From IMG/VR virus record IMGVR_UViG_3300037484_000648, positions 1 to 32,606 of that record: 32,606 nt of DNA; one strand, written 5' to 3'. The notes below the pieces were generated by a model. The model saw only the letters and a list, made by a program, of their open reading frames with translations. It was not told the DNA's origin and did no database searches. Below are positions 1-8,070 of the stretch, piece after piece (within the stretch, counting starts at the first letter, position 1; each line of letters begins with the position of its first letter). Origin of the DNA: a virus. Taxonomy: Duplodnaviria > Caudoviricetes. The translations under genes were made by a program, and so were the position numbers.

Positions 1-839
1 TGTCTGTTATCAAATCGGGCAAGGAGCGCTCTTCGGTCGTTGTCTACCGTGGCGCCGCTGATGACTTCGGCCTTAATCCCCACGTCATTGAAGGCTTGCG
101 CCACGTCACGCGCGTGTTGCACGGTAGCCGCGAACACAATGGTTTGCCTTCCCTCGGCTTTCTCTTTCCAGTTCCGGACGACGCTTTCATTCATGGGAAC
201 CGTGTTGAGGATGTTGGCTACTTCGGTTTGATCCCCGAAGTCCGAAGATGTTTTCACCGCCTCAAGCTGATCGCGCACACCGAGGTCTACAACAAACGCC
301 TTGGGTGGAACCAGGAACCCGAGGGCGATCAATTCGCGCAGGGTGATCTTGTCGGCCACGTTGTCGAAGAATTTTCGAAGGCTTTTTTTGTCCGCTCGCG
401 CCGGCGTTGCAGTAAACCCCCCCAGCATTACCCCGGGATTTTTCTCCCTGGCGGCGCTGATGATTTTGCCGAACGACTCCGCGGGAAGATGGTGGCATTC
501 ATCTTGGAGGATGAGATCGAGCGCCGGGATCGTGTCGAGATGCCTTGCAAGCGTTGGAACCATGGAGAATACGGAATCCCCTCGCCATGATTTTTCGCTT
601 GCATTGAAAACGGAAACGCTTCGGAGCGGGCTTGTTTTCTGAAATCGGGACATGTTCTGCGAAAGGAGTACGTCTCGGTGTTGAAGCACCAAAGTGCGAC
701 CGCCTATCCGGCCGCATAGAGACGCCATCATTACGGTCTTTCCAGATCCAGTCGGTGACATGACGAGCGTGTTTTTCCGCGCGCGCAGGGCCTTCTCTGC
801 GTTGTCCACAACTCGCTTCTGATACGGGCGAAGGATCAC
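1..839 (-). CDS. SF2 (DEAD/DEAH-box) helicase, runs off the left end of the window
   Basis: Manual translation from GTG at 839 (GTGA overlap with the HNH stop): ILRPYQ Q-motif, SPTGSGKT Walker A, QDECHH motif II, GFTATPAR motif III. Confidence 0.92.
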   Translation of the reverse strand, partial: MILRPYQKRVVDNAEKALRARKNTLVMSPTGSGKTVMMASLCGRIGGRTLVLQHRDVLLSQNMSRFQKTSPLRSVSVFNASEKSWRGDSVFSMVPTLARHLDTIPALDLILQDECHHLPAESFGKIISAAREKNPGVMLGGFTATPARADKKSLRKFFDNVADKITLRELIALGFLVPPKAFVVDLGVRDQLEAVKTSSDFGDQTEVANILNTVPMNESVVRNWKEKAEGRQTIVFAATVQHARDVAQAFNDVGIKAEVISGATVDNDRRALLARFDNR

Positions 840-1333
840 AGAAGGAATCCCCTCTCCCTCATGAAGGGGATCGGATGTTTTGACCCCTTCTTGCAATTAC
901 ACGTGGGACATAGAAGCTGGATATTTCGGATGCAATTCGACCCACCCCGCGACAGGGGAATGATGTGGTCCTTGTGGTATCCGGCCTTGATGCTCTTTTT
1001 GCAGACCGCACAGCGATATTTCTGGCGAACCAATAGGCGCTTTACTTCTTCCGCGGTGTGGCGCCCCTCGGCGTTCTGTGTCCGAGCACGACGATTCGAA
1101 TCGTTTGCGGCTCGCTTCTCCGGGTGGGCCTTCCTTCGCGCCTTGTCTATGGCTCGGACTTTCTCGGGGTTGACCTTTCTCCAAGTGGTGACTGTGGCAC
1201 GAGCCTTTTCTGGATTATTCTTTCGCCACGCGGCAGAGATCGCACGAGCCTTCTCGGAGTGGGACTTATACCATTTGGCTGACGCGACCTTCTTTTTCCC
1301 CTTCCGTTCTTCCTTGGTTTGCTTGGCCGTCAT
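836..1333 (-). CDS. HNH endonuclease
   Basis: CAVC..HKDHIIPLSRGGSNCIRNIQLLCPTCNCKKG motif; N-terminal WRKxNPEK repeats. Confidence 0.92.
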   Translation of the reverse strand: MTAKQTKEERKGKKKVASAKWYKSHSEKARAISAAWRKNNPEKARATVTTWRKVNPEKVRAIDKARRKAHPEKRAANDSNRRARTQNAEGRHTAEEVKRLLVRQKYRCAVCKKSIKAGYHKDHIIPLSRGGSNCIRNIQLLCPTCNCKKGSKHPIPFMRERGFLL

Positions 1334-1497
1334 TATTTTTGCTTCTTCGGGGAATTTTCGGTAATAATCCGGTTGATGATTTCGCGGGACAGTCGAGAGG
1401 GCTTATGCCGTCCGGACTTCCAGTTGGAAATTGATTGTTTCGGGAAACCGGCGTCCAGTAAGGCTTGGCGGGTTCTCTTCGATATGTAGAGTTTCAT
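1333..1497 (-). CDS. Cro-like small HTH regulator (54 aa)
   Basis: GFPKQSISNWKSGRHKPSR resembles an XRE/Cro recognition helix; first gene after the leftward promoter. Confidence 0.7.
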   Translation of the reverse strand: MKLYISKRTRQALLDAGFPKQSISNWKSGRHKPSRLSREIINRIITENSPKKQK

Positions 1498-1505
1498 GGT
1501 GTACG

Positions 1506-1534
1506 ATGCTCTCATTTATTTTTCCCCGTGTCAA
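1506..1534 (-). promoter_or_regulatory. Leftward sigma70-type promoter, probably giving a near-leaderless cro mRNA
   Basis: Minus strand reads TTGACA (1534-1529), 17 nt ending in TGA, then GAGCAT (1511-1506; extended -10-like); the ATG follows 8 nt later. Confidence 0.6.
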
Positions 1535-1560
1535 GAAAAAACTCTTGACAAAGGTTTGTC
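1529..1560. promoter_or_regulatory. Palindromic operator-like sites overlapping both -35 boxes
   Basis: TGTCAAGA-N6-TCTTGACA (1529-1550) and GACAAA-GG-TTTGTC (1547-1560). Confidence 0.5.
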
Positions 1561-1573
1561 CCAAGAATACGAT
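1545..1573 (+). promoter_or_regulatory. Rightward sigma70 promoter of the early operon
   Basis: TTGACA (1545-1550), 17 bp spacer, TACGAT (1568-1573). Confidence 0.8.
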
Positions 1574-1634
1574 ACGCCACCATGATCCTCAAAGGCGTAA
1601 ACCCAATAAACGCCACGAGGAACGGAGGAAAGGG

Positions 1635-2087
1635 ATGAGCCTAAAAGTGCTGTTGGAATTGAAAGCGAAGTTGCAACAGGAGGCGCAGGAAATTCAGGCA
1701 TCCATCGAACCGGCCCTCGCCATCGTGAGGGAGCAAGTGGCAAACGCGGACAAGGCCATTCATGAGCTCGTCATCGCTGACTTGACGTCAATCCGCAAAC
1801 TACAAGGAAAGGAGTTTGGAGCGGTTCATGTAACAAAAGACGGGTACAGGGTCACAGAGACGATCTCGAAAAAAATCCGCTGGGACCAGGAACAACTGTT
1901 CGGCGTTTTCCACAAGATTCAGTCCACAGGTGACAACCCTTTCGACTGGATGAAGGCCGAATTCAAGGTCGGCGAGAAGGAATTCGGCGCCTACCCGAAG
2001 AACATCCAGGCCGTCTTTGCGCCGGCGCGCACCGTCACCCCGGGCGAACCGAAGCTCGAATTCAAGCTGATGGAGGCGCCCGAATGA
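1635..2087 (+). CDS. Hypothetical phage early protein (150 aa, coiled-coil N-terminus)
   Basis: GGAGG RBS before ATG 1635; ATGA coupling to the next gene. Confidence 0.8.
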   Translation: MSLKVLLELKAKLQQEAQEIQASIEPALAIVREQVANADKAIHELVIADLTSIRKLQGKEFGAVHVTKDGYRVTETISKKIRWDQEQLFGVFHKIQSTGDNPFDWMKAEFKVGEKEFGAYPKNIQAVFAPARTVTPGEPKLEFKLMEAPE

Positions 2088-2686
2088 AACTCTTCGAGAT
2101 CAAGCACCGCATCAGCGGGAGCGTCCTGTTCTCCCTCAAGACGGAGACCTTGAAGCTCACCCTCGAGGCCGCTGTGAAGGCCGAGACCGACCTGACGGGC
2201 GCGGACCTGAGGGGCGCGGACCTGACGGGCGCGTACCTGAGGGGCGCGTACCTGACGGGCGCGTACCTGACGGGCGCGTACCTGACGGGCGCGGACCTGA
2301 CGGGCGCGTACCTGACGGGCGCGTACCTGAGGGGCGCGTACCTGACGGGCGCGTACCTGACGGGCGCGTACCTGAGGGGCGCGTACCTGACGGGCGCGGA
2401 CCTGACGGGCGCGGACCTGAGGGGCGCTAAAAACTACGTCGACAACCACGACTTCTTCCTCGCGCTGATCTACCGGCAGCCGGTCGAGACGTTCACCGAA
2501 GCCGAGTGGGCGATGATCGGCCAGATCGCCGTGCACCGCTACTGTTGGGACGCGATCAAGGAGCGCCACGGGCAGCCCTTCCTGCGGATCCTCGAGGTTC
2601 TCGAGGCGGCGGAGTTCGGGGAGTACGCCGCGAAGTACCGGGAGGTCCTCGGGATGAAACTGGAAAAGGAGGCGCCCGATGCTTGA
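2084..2686 (+). CDS. Pentapeptide-repeat protein
   Basis: 16 tandem [D/Y]L[T/R]GA units. Confidence 0.92.
   Translation: MKLFEIKHRISGSVLFSLKTETLKLTLEAAVKAETDLTGADLRGADLTGAYLRGAYLTGAYLTGAYLTGADLTGAYLTGAYLRGAYLTGAYLTGAYLRGAYLTGADLTGADLRGAKNYVDNHDFFLALIYRQPVETFTEAEWAMIGQIAVHRYCWDAIKERHGQPFLRILEVLEAAEFGEYAAKYREVLGMKLEKEAPDA
2189..2428 (+). repeat. 16 x 15-bp coding tandem repeat KACCTGASGGGCGCG
   Basis: Directly visible; units differ essentially only at two positions. Confidence 0.95.
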
Positions 2687-3470
2687 GAACATTCGAAAGG
2701 CGAATGCGATCGTGAACCCACAAAAGATCGTCGTGATCGGCGTCAAGGGGGTAGGCAAAACCTCATTCGGCGCCACCTTTCCCGGGGCCGTGCTGCTCCC
2801 CGTCGAGGATGGCGCGTCGGCCATAGACATAGACGCCTTCCCGCTGGCCACCACCTATCAGGATATCGTCGACGCGATCACCGATCTCCACAAGGAACAC
2901 AATTTCAAAACCCTCGTTGTCGATTCCCTCGATTGGCTCGAGCCGCTGGTGTGGGTCAAGACATGCCAGGAGCACGGCGCCGATTCCATCGAACAGGTCT
3001 TGAAGGGCTACGGCAAGGGGTACGTGGAGGCCGATAAGCATTGGAGGCTCATCCTGGGGGGCTTCGATTCCCTGCGCGCCAACAAAGGCATGCACATCGT
3101 CCTCCTGGCGCACTCCGAAGTGAAAACCGTGACGCCTCCGGACAGCGATTCGTACGATCGCTATCAGATGCGTCTCCAAAAAAGGGCGCTGGGCCTGTGG
3201 ACCGAATGGGCCGACGTCGTGACGTTCCTCACCTACAAAGTGGCCATCCAGAAAGAGGCGAAGGGCTTCGGGAATGAACGGGCCCGGGCTACCGGCTCCG
3301 GCGATCGCGTGATCTACACCACGGAGCGGCCGGCGTGGGACGCCAAGAATCGCTGGGGGCTCCCGGACGAGATTTTCATCGGCAAGGATACGACCTACGG
3401 CATGTTCCACAAAGAGCTCGAGGCCGCCACCAAGGGCGGTTACAAACGAGAAAAAGGGGAGGGAAAGTAA
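2679..3470 (+). CDS. AAA_24 / Sak4-like phage ATPase (single-strand annealing recombinase)
   Basis: GVKGVGKTS Walker A, LVVDSLDWLE Walker B, GYGKGY, LLAHS, EWADVV and AKNRWGLP motifs. Confidence 0.88.
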   Translation: MLENIRKANAIVNPQKIVVIGVKGVGKTSFGATFPGAVLLPVEDGASAIDIDAFPLATTYQDIVDAITDLHKEHNFKTLVVDSLDWLEPLVWVKTCQEHGADSIEQVLKGYGKGYVEADKHWRLILGGFDSLRANKGMHIVLLAHSEVKTVTPPDSDSYDRYQMRLQKRALGLWTEWADVVTFLTYKVAIQKEAKGFGNERARATGSGDRVIYTTERPAWDAKNRWGLPDEIFIGKDTTYGMFHKELEAATKGGYKREKGEGK

Positions 3471-4196
3471 ATGTCAGTAGATTTCAACGAGGCACCCCAG
3501 CAGGGAAGCGGCGCCGGACCGATCCCGGAGGACAGCGTTGTGGTAGTCGTCGCGGAGATCCGCGAACCAAAAGCCGGAAAAGCTGGCACGATCAACCCTC
3601 TTTTCGTGGCCGCGGCGTCGGGTTACGAGTTCCTGGACTTCGAATTCACCGTGGTTTCCCCGAAGTTCAAGGAACGGAAAATCTGGCAGAATTTCATGTT
3701 GGCGTACACCAAGGCGCCCACCGACAAGAGCGCCCAAGCGATCTCCATTTCCATGCGCACCCTGCGCGCGATGGTCGAGGCTGCACGGCACATCAGTCCG
3801 AAAGACACCAGCCCCGAAGCGACGAAAGCCCGGATCATCAACGGCTTCGCCGATATCAACTCCATGCTTTTCCCGGTCGTCGTCGGCTGCGAGTGGGGAA
3901 ATCCGAACAGCAGCGGCAAGCGGTATCTCAATAACACCATCAAGCGGATCGTCACGGTGGACGACGAGCGATTCGACAAGGTGTTCGAGGATCCGGAGGG
4001 TTGCATCCTGTCCGGCAAGCCCCTCCCCCCGGAGCCCCAGGGCGGCGGGACGCCCCCGGGCGGCGCGAAGCCGGCATGGGTAGCGGGAAAGCCGGTAGAC
4101 GCGGCCGCAGCCCCGACAGCAACGCCCGCGCCGGCCGCGGCGCAAGCCGAGATCCTTGGCGTGAAACAAGCCAACAAGCCGGCCTGGGTGAAGTAA
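3471..4196 (+). CDS. Putative phage ssDNA-binding protein (DUF669-like)
   Basis: Lies directly after the Sak4-like gene; EFTVV..KFKERKIWQNF beta core and a low-complexity tail ending KPAWVK. Confidence 0.65.
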   Translation: MSVDFNEAPQQGSGAGPIPEDSVVVVVAEIREPKAGKAGTINPLFVAAASGYEFLDFEFTVVSPKFKERKIWQNFMLAYTKAPTDKSAQAISISMRTLRAMVEAARHISPKDTSPEATKARIINGFADINSMLFPVVVGCEWGNPNSSGKRYLNNTIKRIVTVDDERFDKVFEDPEGCILSGKPLPPEPQGGGTPPGGAKPAWVAGKPVDAAAAPTATPAPAAAQAEILGVKQANKPAWVK

Positions 4197-4438
4197 TGGA
4201 GGCCGTTGCGTTTCGCGTCCCGGATCTTCCCCGCCAGGCCATACGGTCGTTCCGGACGATGGCCGAGGCCGAACTGTCGATGCCGCGCATGGGCGCGCGC
4301 GGGATCGCCTCGAGGATCGAGATCCCCTGGGCCCTGACCATGAGGCGCCGCATTCAGCGGATCCTTTTCTGTGACACCAAGAAGATCCAGGAAGCGAATT
4401 GCGGCGGCCCGAAAGAAGAGAAGGAGGATCCAAATTGA
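4196..4438 (+). CDS. Hypothetical protein (80 aa)
   Basis: TAATG coupling to the upstream gene and overlap with the downstream start. Confidence 0.55.
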   Translation: MEAVAFRVPDLPRQAIRSFRTMAEAELSMPRMGARGIASRIEIPWALTMRRRIQRILFCDTKKIQEANCGGPKEEKEDPN

Positions 4439-4971
4439 GCCTTCGAGAAGAGGCGATCAAGCGGCATTTTGATAAAGAAATAGCCAAAAAAGCGAAGGAG
4501 GCCGCCGAGAAAAAGGAATACATCGGGAGACGTATCGCCTACGCGAAGAAGGAAATTTGCACGGCGTTCGCGCTCAACGAATGTCCTCCTCTCGTCATCA
4601 CCTACAACGATACGTCCTACTGGCCCGAGATGGTGTTCGAGGTCGATGGGATCCTGTTCGGCTACAACCTCGATACCGATTGGCTCCTGGTGAAAGTGTC
4701 CTGCCCGAAATGCGAGGGGGAATGGATGCGCCAATTCCGGATGCCGGTGGACGGGAACGGCGTCCGCGATCTTTCGTGGCTCGGCAATGAGCTGTCGATG
4801 CCAGCGGATCCGGACCGTCACTTCTGCTCCGTCAACCAGCCGGCTACGCCACCGAAGCCGGCGCCGGAGCCTCCCAAGGTCGTTACGTACGCGATCGGCA
4901 GCGTCGAGCAGCGTTTCCTCGAGGCGCTGGATGAGCTGGTATTCGATGCTGTCGATCGACACCAAAACTAA
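4435..4971 (+). CDS. Hypothetical protein with a CPKC motif
   Basis: AGGAGG RBS before TTG 4435; phage-like codon usage. Confidence 0.7.
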   Translation: MSLREEAIKRHFDKEIAKKAKEAAEKKEYIGRRIAYAKKEICTAFALNECPPLVITYNDTSYWPEMVFEVDGILFGYNLDTDWLLVKVSCPKCEGEWMRQFRMPVDGNGVRDLSWLGNELSMPADPDRHFCSVNQPATPPKPAPEPPKVVTYAIGSVEQRFLEALDELVFDAVDRHQN

Positions 4972-5045
4972 AAATGTTGCTTGACGAGAAAAGCCTCCGA
5001 ATGCGCCGGATGGTGGATCGTATCGCAAACATGAAGGGAGGAAGG

Positions 5046-5621
5046 ATGGGCAAAGGCTGGATCGGCGTCGACCTTGACGGGACATTAGCTCACTACGACG
5101 GCTGGAAGGGGCCGGATCACATCGGCGAACCCGTCCTGAAAATACTCGAGCGCGTGAAGTTGTGGATGGCCGTCGATAAGTACGAGATCCGGATCTTCAC
5201 GGCCCGGGCCGGTGTACCGGAACAAATTCCCACCGTCGTGGCTTGGCTTGAAAAGCACGGTATCGGGGGGTTGAAGATCATCAACGTCAAGGATTTCTCC
5301 ATGATCGAGCTGTGGGACGATCGCTGTGTCCAGATCATTTCGAACCTGGGGATATCCGTCACGGAAGCGGCGATCGACCGCCTCTCCTTCTGGACCGCCT
5401 TGATCGCGGCCGAACGCCAGCGCCAGGACGCCAAGTGGGGAGAACAGAATCACGACGACCACAAATGGAACACGATTCTTTGCGAAGAAAAAGGCGAGGT
5501 ATCGAAGGCGATCCTCGAGCACGACGGCCCCGGGGTGTTGAAGGAGTTGAGCCATGTCGCGGCCGTCGCGGTTGCGTGGATCGAAGCCATAGGCCGAAGG
5601 GCCATAAGGGAGAAAACATGA
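5046..5621 (+). CDS. HAD-family phosphatase fused to a MazG-like NTP pyrophosphohydrolase domain
   Basis: N-terminal VDLDGTLA..IFTAR..WDDR; C-terminal ERQRQDAKWGEQNH..EEKGEVSKA..KELSHVAAVAVAWIE. Confidence 0.8.
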   Translation: MGKGWIGVDLDGTLAHYDGWKGPDHIGEPVLKILERVKLWMAVDKYEIRIFTARAGVPEQIPTVVAWLEKHGIGGLKIINVKDFSMIELWDDRCVQIISNLGISVTEAAIDRLSFWTALIAAERQRQDAKWGEQNHDDHKWNTILCEEKGEVSKAILEHDGPGVLKELSHVAAVAVAWIEAIGRRAIREKT

Positions 5622-5986
5622 AGTCCACGCTGAACGTGATCGATATTGCGCGAGTCTGCCATGAAGCAAATCGCGCGCTATGCGCTTCCCTGGGCGATTA
5701 TTCGCAACCATCCTGGAACGACGCTCCGGACTGGCAGAAGCACAGCGCGATCGATGGAGTGCGGTTCCACCTGGCGACCACCGAAGCGCTTCCGGCCGCT
5801 TCTCACGAAAACTGGCTCAAGCTGAAAATCGCGGAGGGATGGAAATACGGACCCGTGAAGGATCCGGACAAGAAAGAGCACCCCTGCTGCGTCCCGTACG
5901 AGGATCTGCCGATCGAGCAGAGATCCAAGGATTACGTGTTTTCCGCGATCGTCGACGCGCTGCGCATGATTTACGACGGAACATAA
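5618..5986 (+). CDS. RyR-domain phage protein
   Basis: HENWLKLKIAEGWKYGPVKDPDKKEHPCCVPYEDLPIEQRSKD matches the RyR repeat pattern. Confidence 0.85.
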   Translation: MKSTLNVIDIARVCHEANRALCASLGDYSQPSWNDAPDWQKHSAIDGVRFHLATTEALPAASHENWLKLKIAEGWKYGPVKDPDKKEHPCCVPYEDLPIEQRSKDYVFSAIVDALRMIYDGT

Positions 5987-6007
5987 ATTCCAAAAAAAGG
6001 AGCCCAC

Positions 6008-6379
6008 ATGAACGCCAAGGTTACAAGATCGCTGATGGTCGGCTTGAGCGAGGACGAAGTAAGCACATGCGCAAAGGAGCTGGCGCGCGTGACGGCCGCG
6101 CAAGCGGAGCTCGAGGACGAGAAGAAGGCCGCCACGTCGGGCTTCAAGAATCGGATCGATCGCTGCGTGGCCGATTGCAGGGCCCTCGCGCAGAAAGTCA
6201 CGACCAGGCGAGAGCTCCGGGATATCGATTGCGAGTGGCAGCCGTCGAGGGACGGGAAGATGATCCTCACGCGCATGGACACCGGCGAGATCATCGACAC
6301 CCGGAAGATGACGGAGGAAGAGCACCAGCAGAGCCTTCCGCTGGCGGGAGCCCAAAAAAAGGAGAAGCAAAATGCCTGA
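6008..6379 (+). CDS. Hypothetical phage protein (coiled-coil, C-terminal DTGEIIDTR)
   Basis: AGGAG RBS; in operon. Confidence 0.75.
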   Translation: MNAKVTRSLMVGLSEDEVSTCAKELARVTAAQAELEDEKKAATSGFKNRIDRCVADCRALAQKVTTRRELRDIDCEWQPSRDGKMILTRMDTGEIIDTRKMTEEEHQQSLPLAGAQKKEKQNA

Positions 6380-6554
6380 AAGAATCTATGTTGTAAAGAA
6401 GGAGAATGGTTTCACCGTCGTCGGAGAATTTGGCGATGCAAACACCCCCGACAAGGAGATTGTCGTCGAGGGCTCGGATCCAAAGAAGCTCGGCGCGGCG
6501 GTTCTGGCGATGTTCAAGGCGCCCAGGAAGCCCCGGGCAAAGAAGGAGGCGTAG
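6372..6554 (+). CDS. Hypothetical protein (60 aa)
   Basis: AGGAG RBS; overlaps the upstream stop. Confidence 0.65.
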   Translation: MPERIYVVKKENGFTVVGEFGDANTPDKEIVVEGSDPKKLGAAVLAMFKAPRKPRAKKEA

Positions 6555-6563
6555 GATGCCCCT

Positions 6564-6652
6564 GCCCCCGGAGGAATCCACTTGCAGGAGGCTTGGGTCG
6601 GACAATAGCCTTGTGGTGAGGCGCGACACTTCCCTCCGGGGGCTTTAATTTT
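6564..6652 (+). other. Structured intergenic RNA or attenuator candidate
   Basis: Perfect 11-bp inverted repeat GCCCCCGGAGG (6564-6574) / CCTCCGGGGGC (6633-6643) enclosing an AGGCT/AGCCT stem, followed by TTTAATTTT. Confidence 0.45.
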
Positions 6653-6670
6653 ACAGAAAGGAGAAACCGA

Positions 6671-6982
6671 ATGTCACACCATGGAGATAATCCATTTGAC
6701 GGCAAAGGCAGCTTCGGCCCCGTTGAGGATCTACTGAAAGAAGTTCCCAAAGCCCCGGTCCCGGGCCCCACGGGGGAATTCCCCGAGGGGAAGCTGACGC
6801 CCGAGGACAAGGGATCGCTCACCTTTACGATCGGCACGAAAAACGGGAAGGTGATCATCGATTTCGGCGCGCCGGTGTCCTGGATCGGCTTCACCGCGGA
6901 TCAGGCGTTCGAGATCGCCATGGAGCTTGCGAAGATAGCCGCCGAAGCAAAATCGACCGAAATTATTGTGGTCCCGGGGTAA
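6671..6982 (+). CDS. Hypothetical phage protein
   Basis: AAGGAG RBS; GPTGEFPEGKL..GKVIIDFGAPVSWIG. Confidence 0.75.
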   Translation: MSHHGDNPFDGKGSFGPVEDLLKEVPKAPVPGPTGEFPEGKLTPEDKGSLTFTIGTKNGKVIIDFGAPVSWIGFTADQAFEIAMELAKIAAEAKSTEIIVVPG

Positions 6983-6986
6983 TCCC

Positions 6987-7322
6987 ATGCCAAAAATAGT
7001 AACTCCACGGTGGAGAATCGGAGACGCCCACAAGAATAACTGCTGCACAATTCATGGCTGCAAGTGGTCGGAGAAGGATTGCCCCGTCGTCGCCGGCACG
7101 GTGAAGCCTGGGCCCTGCCGGATCTGTCTGGACATGAAAAGACCTACCCCGGAGGCTTACGAGGCCGCTTGCAGGGCGCTGTGGCGCCATCGGGAGGGCG
7201 AGGAAAAACTGATGGCCGCGAACAAGGCGCTTTGCTCAAAGAATAAAACCCTTCGGAATAAAATTCGATTGCTCAAAAAGCGCGCGGCTGCCGATCGACG
7301 AAAGGCGACGAAGGCATTTTAA
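6987..7322 (+). CDS. Cys-rich putative zinc-binding protein with a coiled-coil tail
   Basis: CCTIHGCKW..DCPVV..CRIC. Confidence 0.6.
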   Translation: MPKIVTPRWRIGDAHKNNCCTIHGCKWSEKDCPVVAGTVKPGPCRICLDMKRPTPEAYEAACRALWRHREGEEKLMAANKALCSKNKTLRNKIRLLKKRAAADRRKATKAF

Positions 7323-7453
7323 TGGCCCTCTCCGTCTACCTGACCTTCCCCGAGGCGTGTGAATACTCCCGGATCAACTCGACGAAGGCGATGGCCGCGC
7401 ACTACACCCACGTCACCCAGGAACACCTACGGACAGCATTGGAGGGGAAATGA
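7322..7453 (+). pseudogene. Excisionase N-terminus fused in frame to tyrosine-integrase C-terminus (deletion remnant, 43 aa)
   Basis: MALSVYLTFPEACEYSRI (HTH_17/Xis-like start) joined to STKAMAAHYTHVTQEHLRTALE (integrase box II with the catalytic Tyr); coupled to both neighbours. Confidence 0.75.
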
Positions 7454-7599
7454 TGAAAAAACTATTATGCCGGTTATTCGGCCATCAGAGAATTTGGGTT
7501 TTATCCGGAGATCCTTGGGATGGACGGATTTGGATTGCCGGATGCAAGAGGTGCCTTATTCGGTTGTCGGATGAAGGAGTTCCGGAGATCGGCCCATGA
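7450..7599 (+). CDS. DUF1660-like small phage protein (49 aa)
   Basis: MMKKLLCRLFGHQ..CKRC; ATGA overlaps at both ends. Confidence 0.7.
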   Translation: MMKKLLCRLFGHQRIWVLSGDPWDGRIWIAGCKRCLIRLSDEGVPEIGP

Positions 7600-7988
7600 A
7601 ACCCCCCATCGTCTGCATCTGTGGATCGACTCGCTTCAAGCAATCATGGATCGCGGAGAACGCACGACTTACGGGCGAGAGGAATATCGTCCTCGCGGTA
7701 GGATTGTGGGGGCACCACGAACGGAAGTATCCCGATGCGGAAACGAAGAAGATGTTGGATGAACTTCATCTTCGCAAGATTGACCTGTGCGATTGGGTGT
7801 GGGTGCTTGACGTGGGTGGATATATTGGGGAGAGCACACGGAACGAGATCGCCTACGCCGAGGCGCATGGGAAAGTAGTGCGCTATCTATCGAAAGAGTT
7901 TCCGTGTTATGTAGAGCCGATTGATCCCCTCTGCGCCCCTTCTGCGCCCCCCGCCTCGCAAGTTGCTAATAAAATTAGCGGTGAATGA
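7596..7988 (+). CDS. Nucleoside 2-deoxyribosyltransferase-like Rossmann-fold protein
   Basis: ICGSTRF..LHLRKIDLCDWVWVLDVGGYIGESTRNEIAYAEAHGKVV. Confidence 0.75.
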   Translation: MKPPIVCICGSTRFKQSWIAENARLTGERNIVLAVGLWGHHERKYPDAETKKMLDELHLRKIDLCDWVWVLDVGGYIGESTRNEIAYAEAHGKVVRYLSKEFPCYVEPIDPLCAPSAPPASQVANKISGE

Positions 7989-7991
7989 TCT

Positions 7992-8036
7992 TTCGTAATC
8001 AGCAGGTCGTCGGTTCAATCCCGACCGCCGGCTCCA
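7992..8036 (+). tRNA. 3' half of tRNA-Thr(CGT) serving as att core (not a complete tRNA)
   Basis: TT-CGT-AA anticodon loop, TCAGC, AGGTC variable region, GTCGG-TTCAATC-CCGAC T-arm, CGCCGGC-T-CCA; the 5' half is absent. Confidence 0.88.
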
Positions 8037-8070
8037 CAAAAGATCCAACAAGTTATCGATTTCCTTGAAG

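Noticed and set aside
895-910. Second parS-like CACGTG site
   Set aside because: Four mismatches to the consensus and explained by the HNH CPTCNC codons.
2189-2428. Possible CRISPR array
   Set aside because: Contiguous 15-bp units without spacers, in frame within a pentapeptide-repeat gene.
4974-5045. Upstream extension of the HAD-MazG gene or an internal promoter (TTGACG at 4981)
   Set aside because: The best RBS precedes ATG 5046, and no convincing -10 box lies at the correct spacing.
7960-8036. Complete phage tRNA-Thr gene
   Set aside because: No 5' acceptor strand, D-arm or 5' anticodon stem upstream of 7992; only the att-core half is present.
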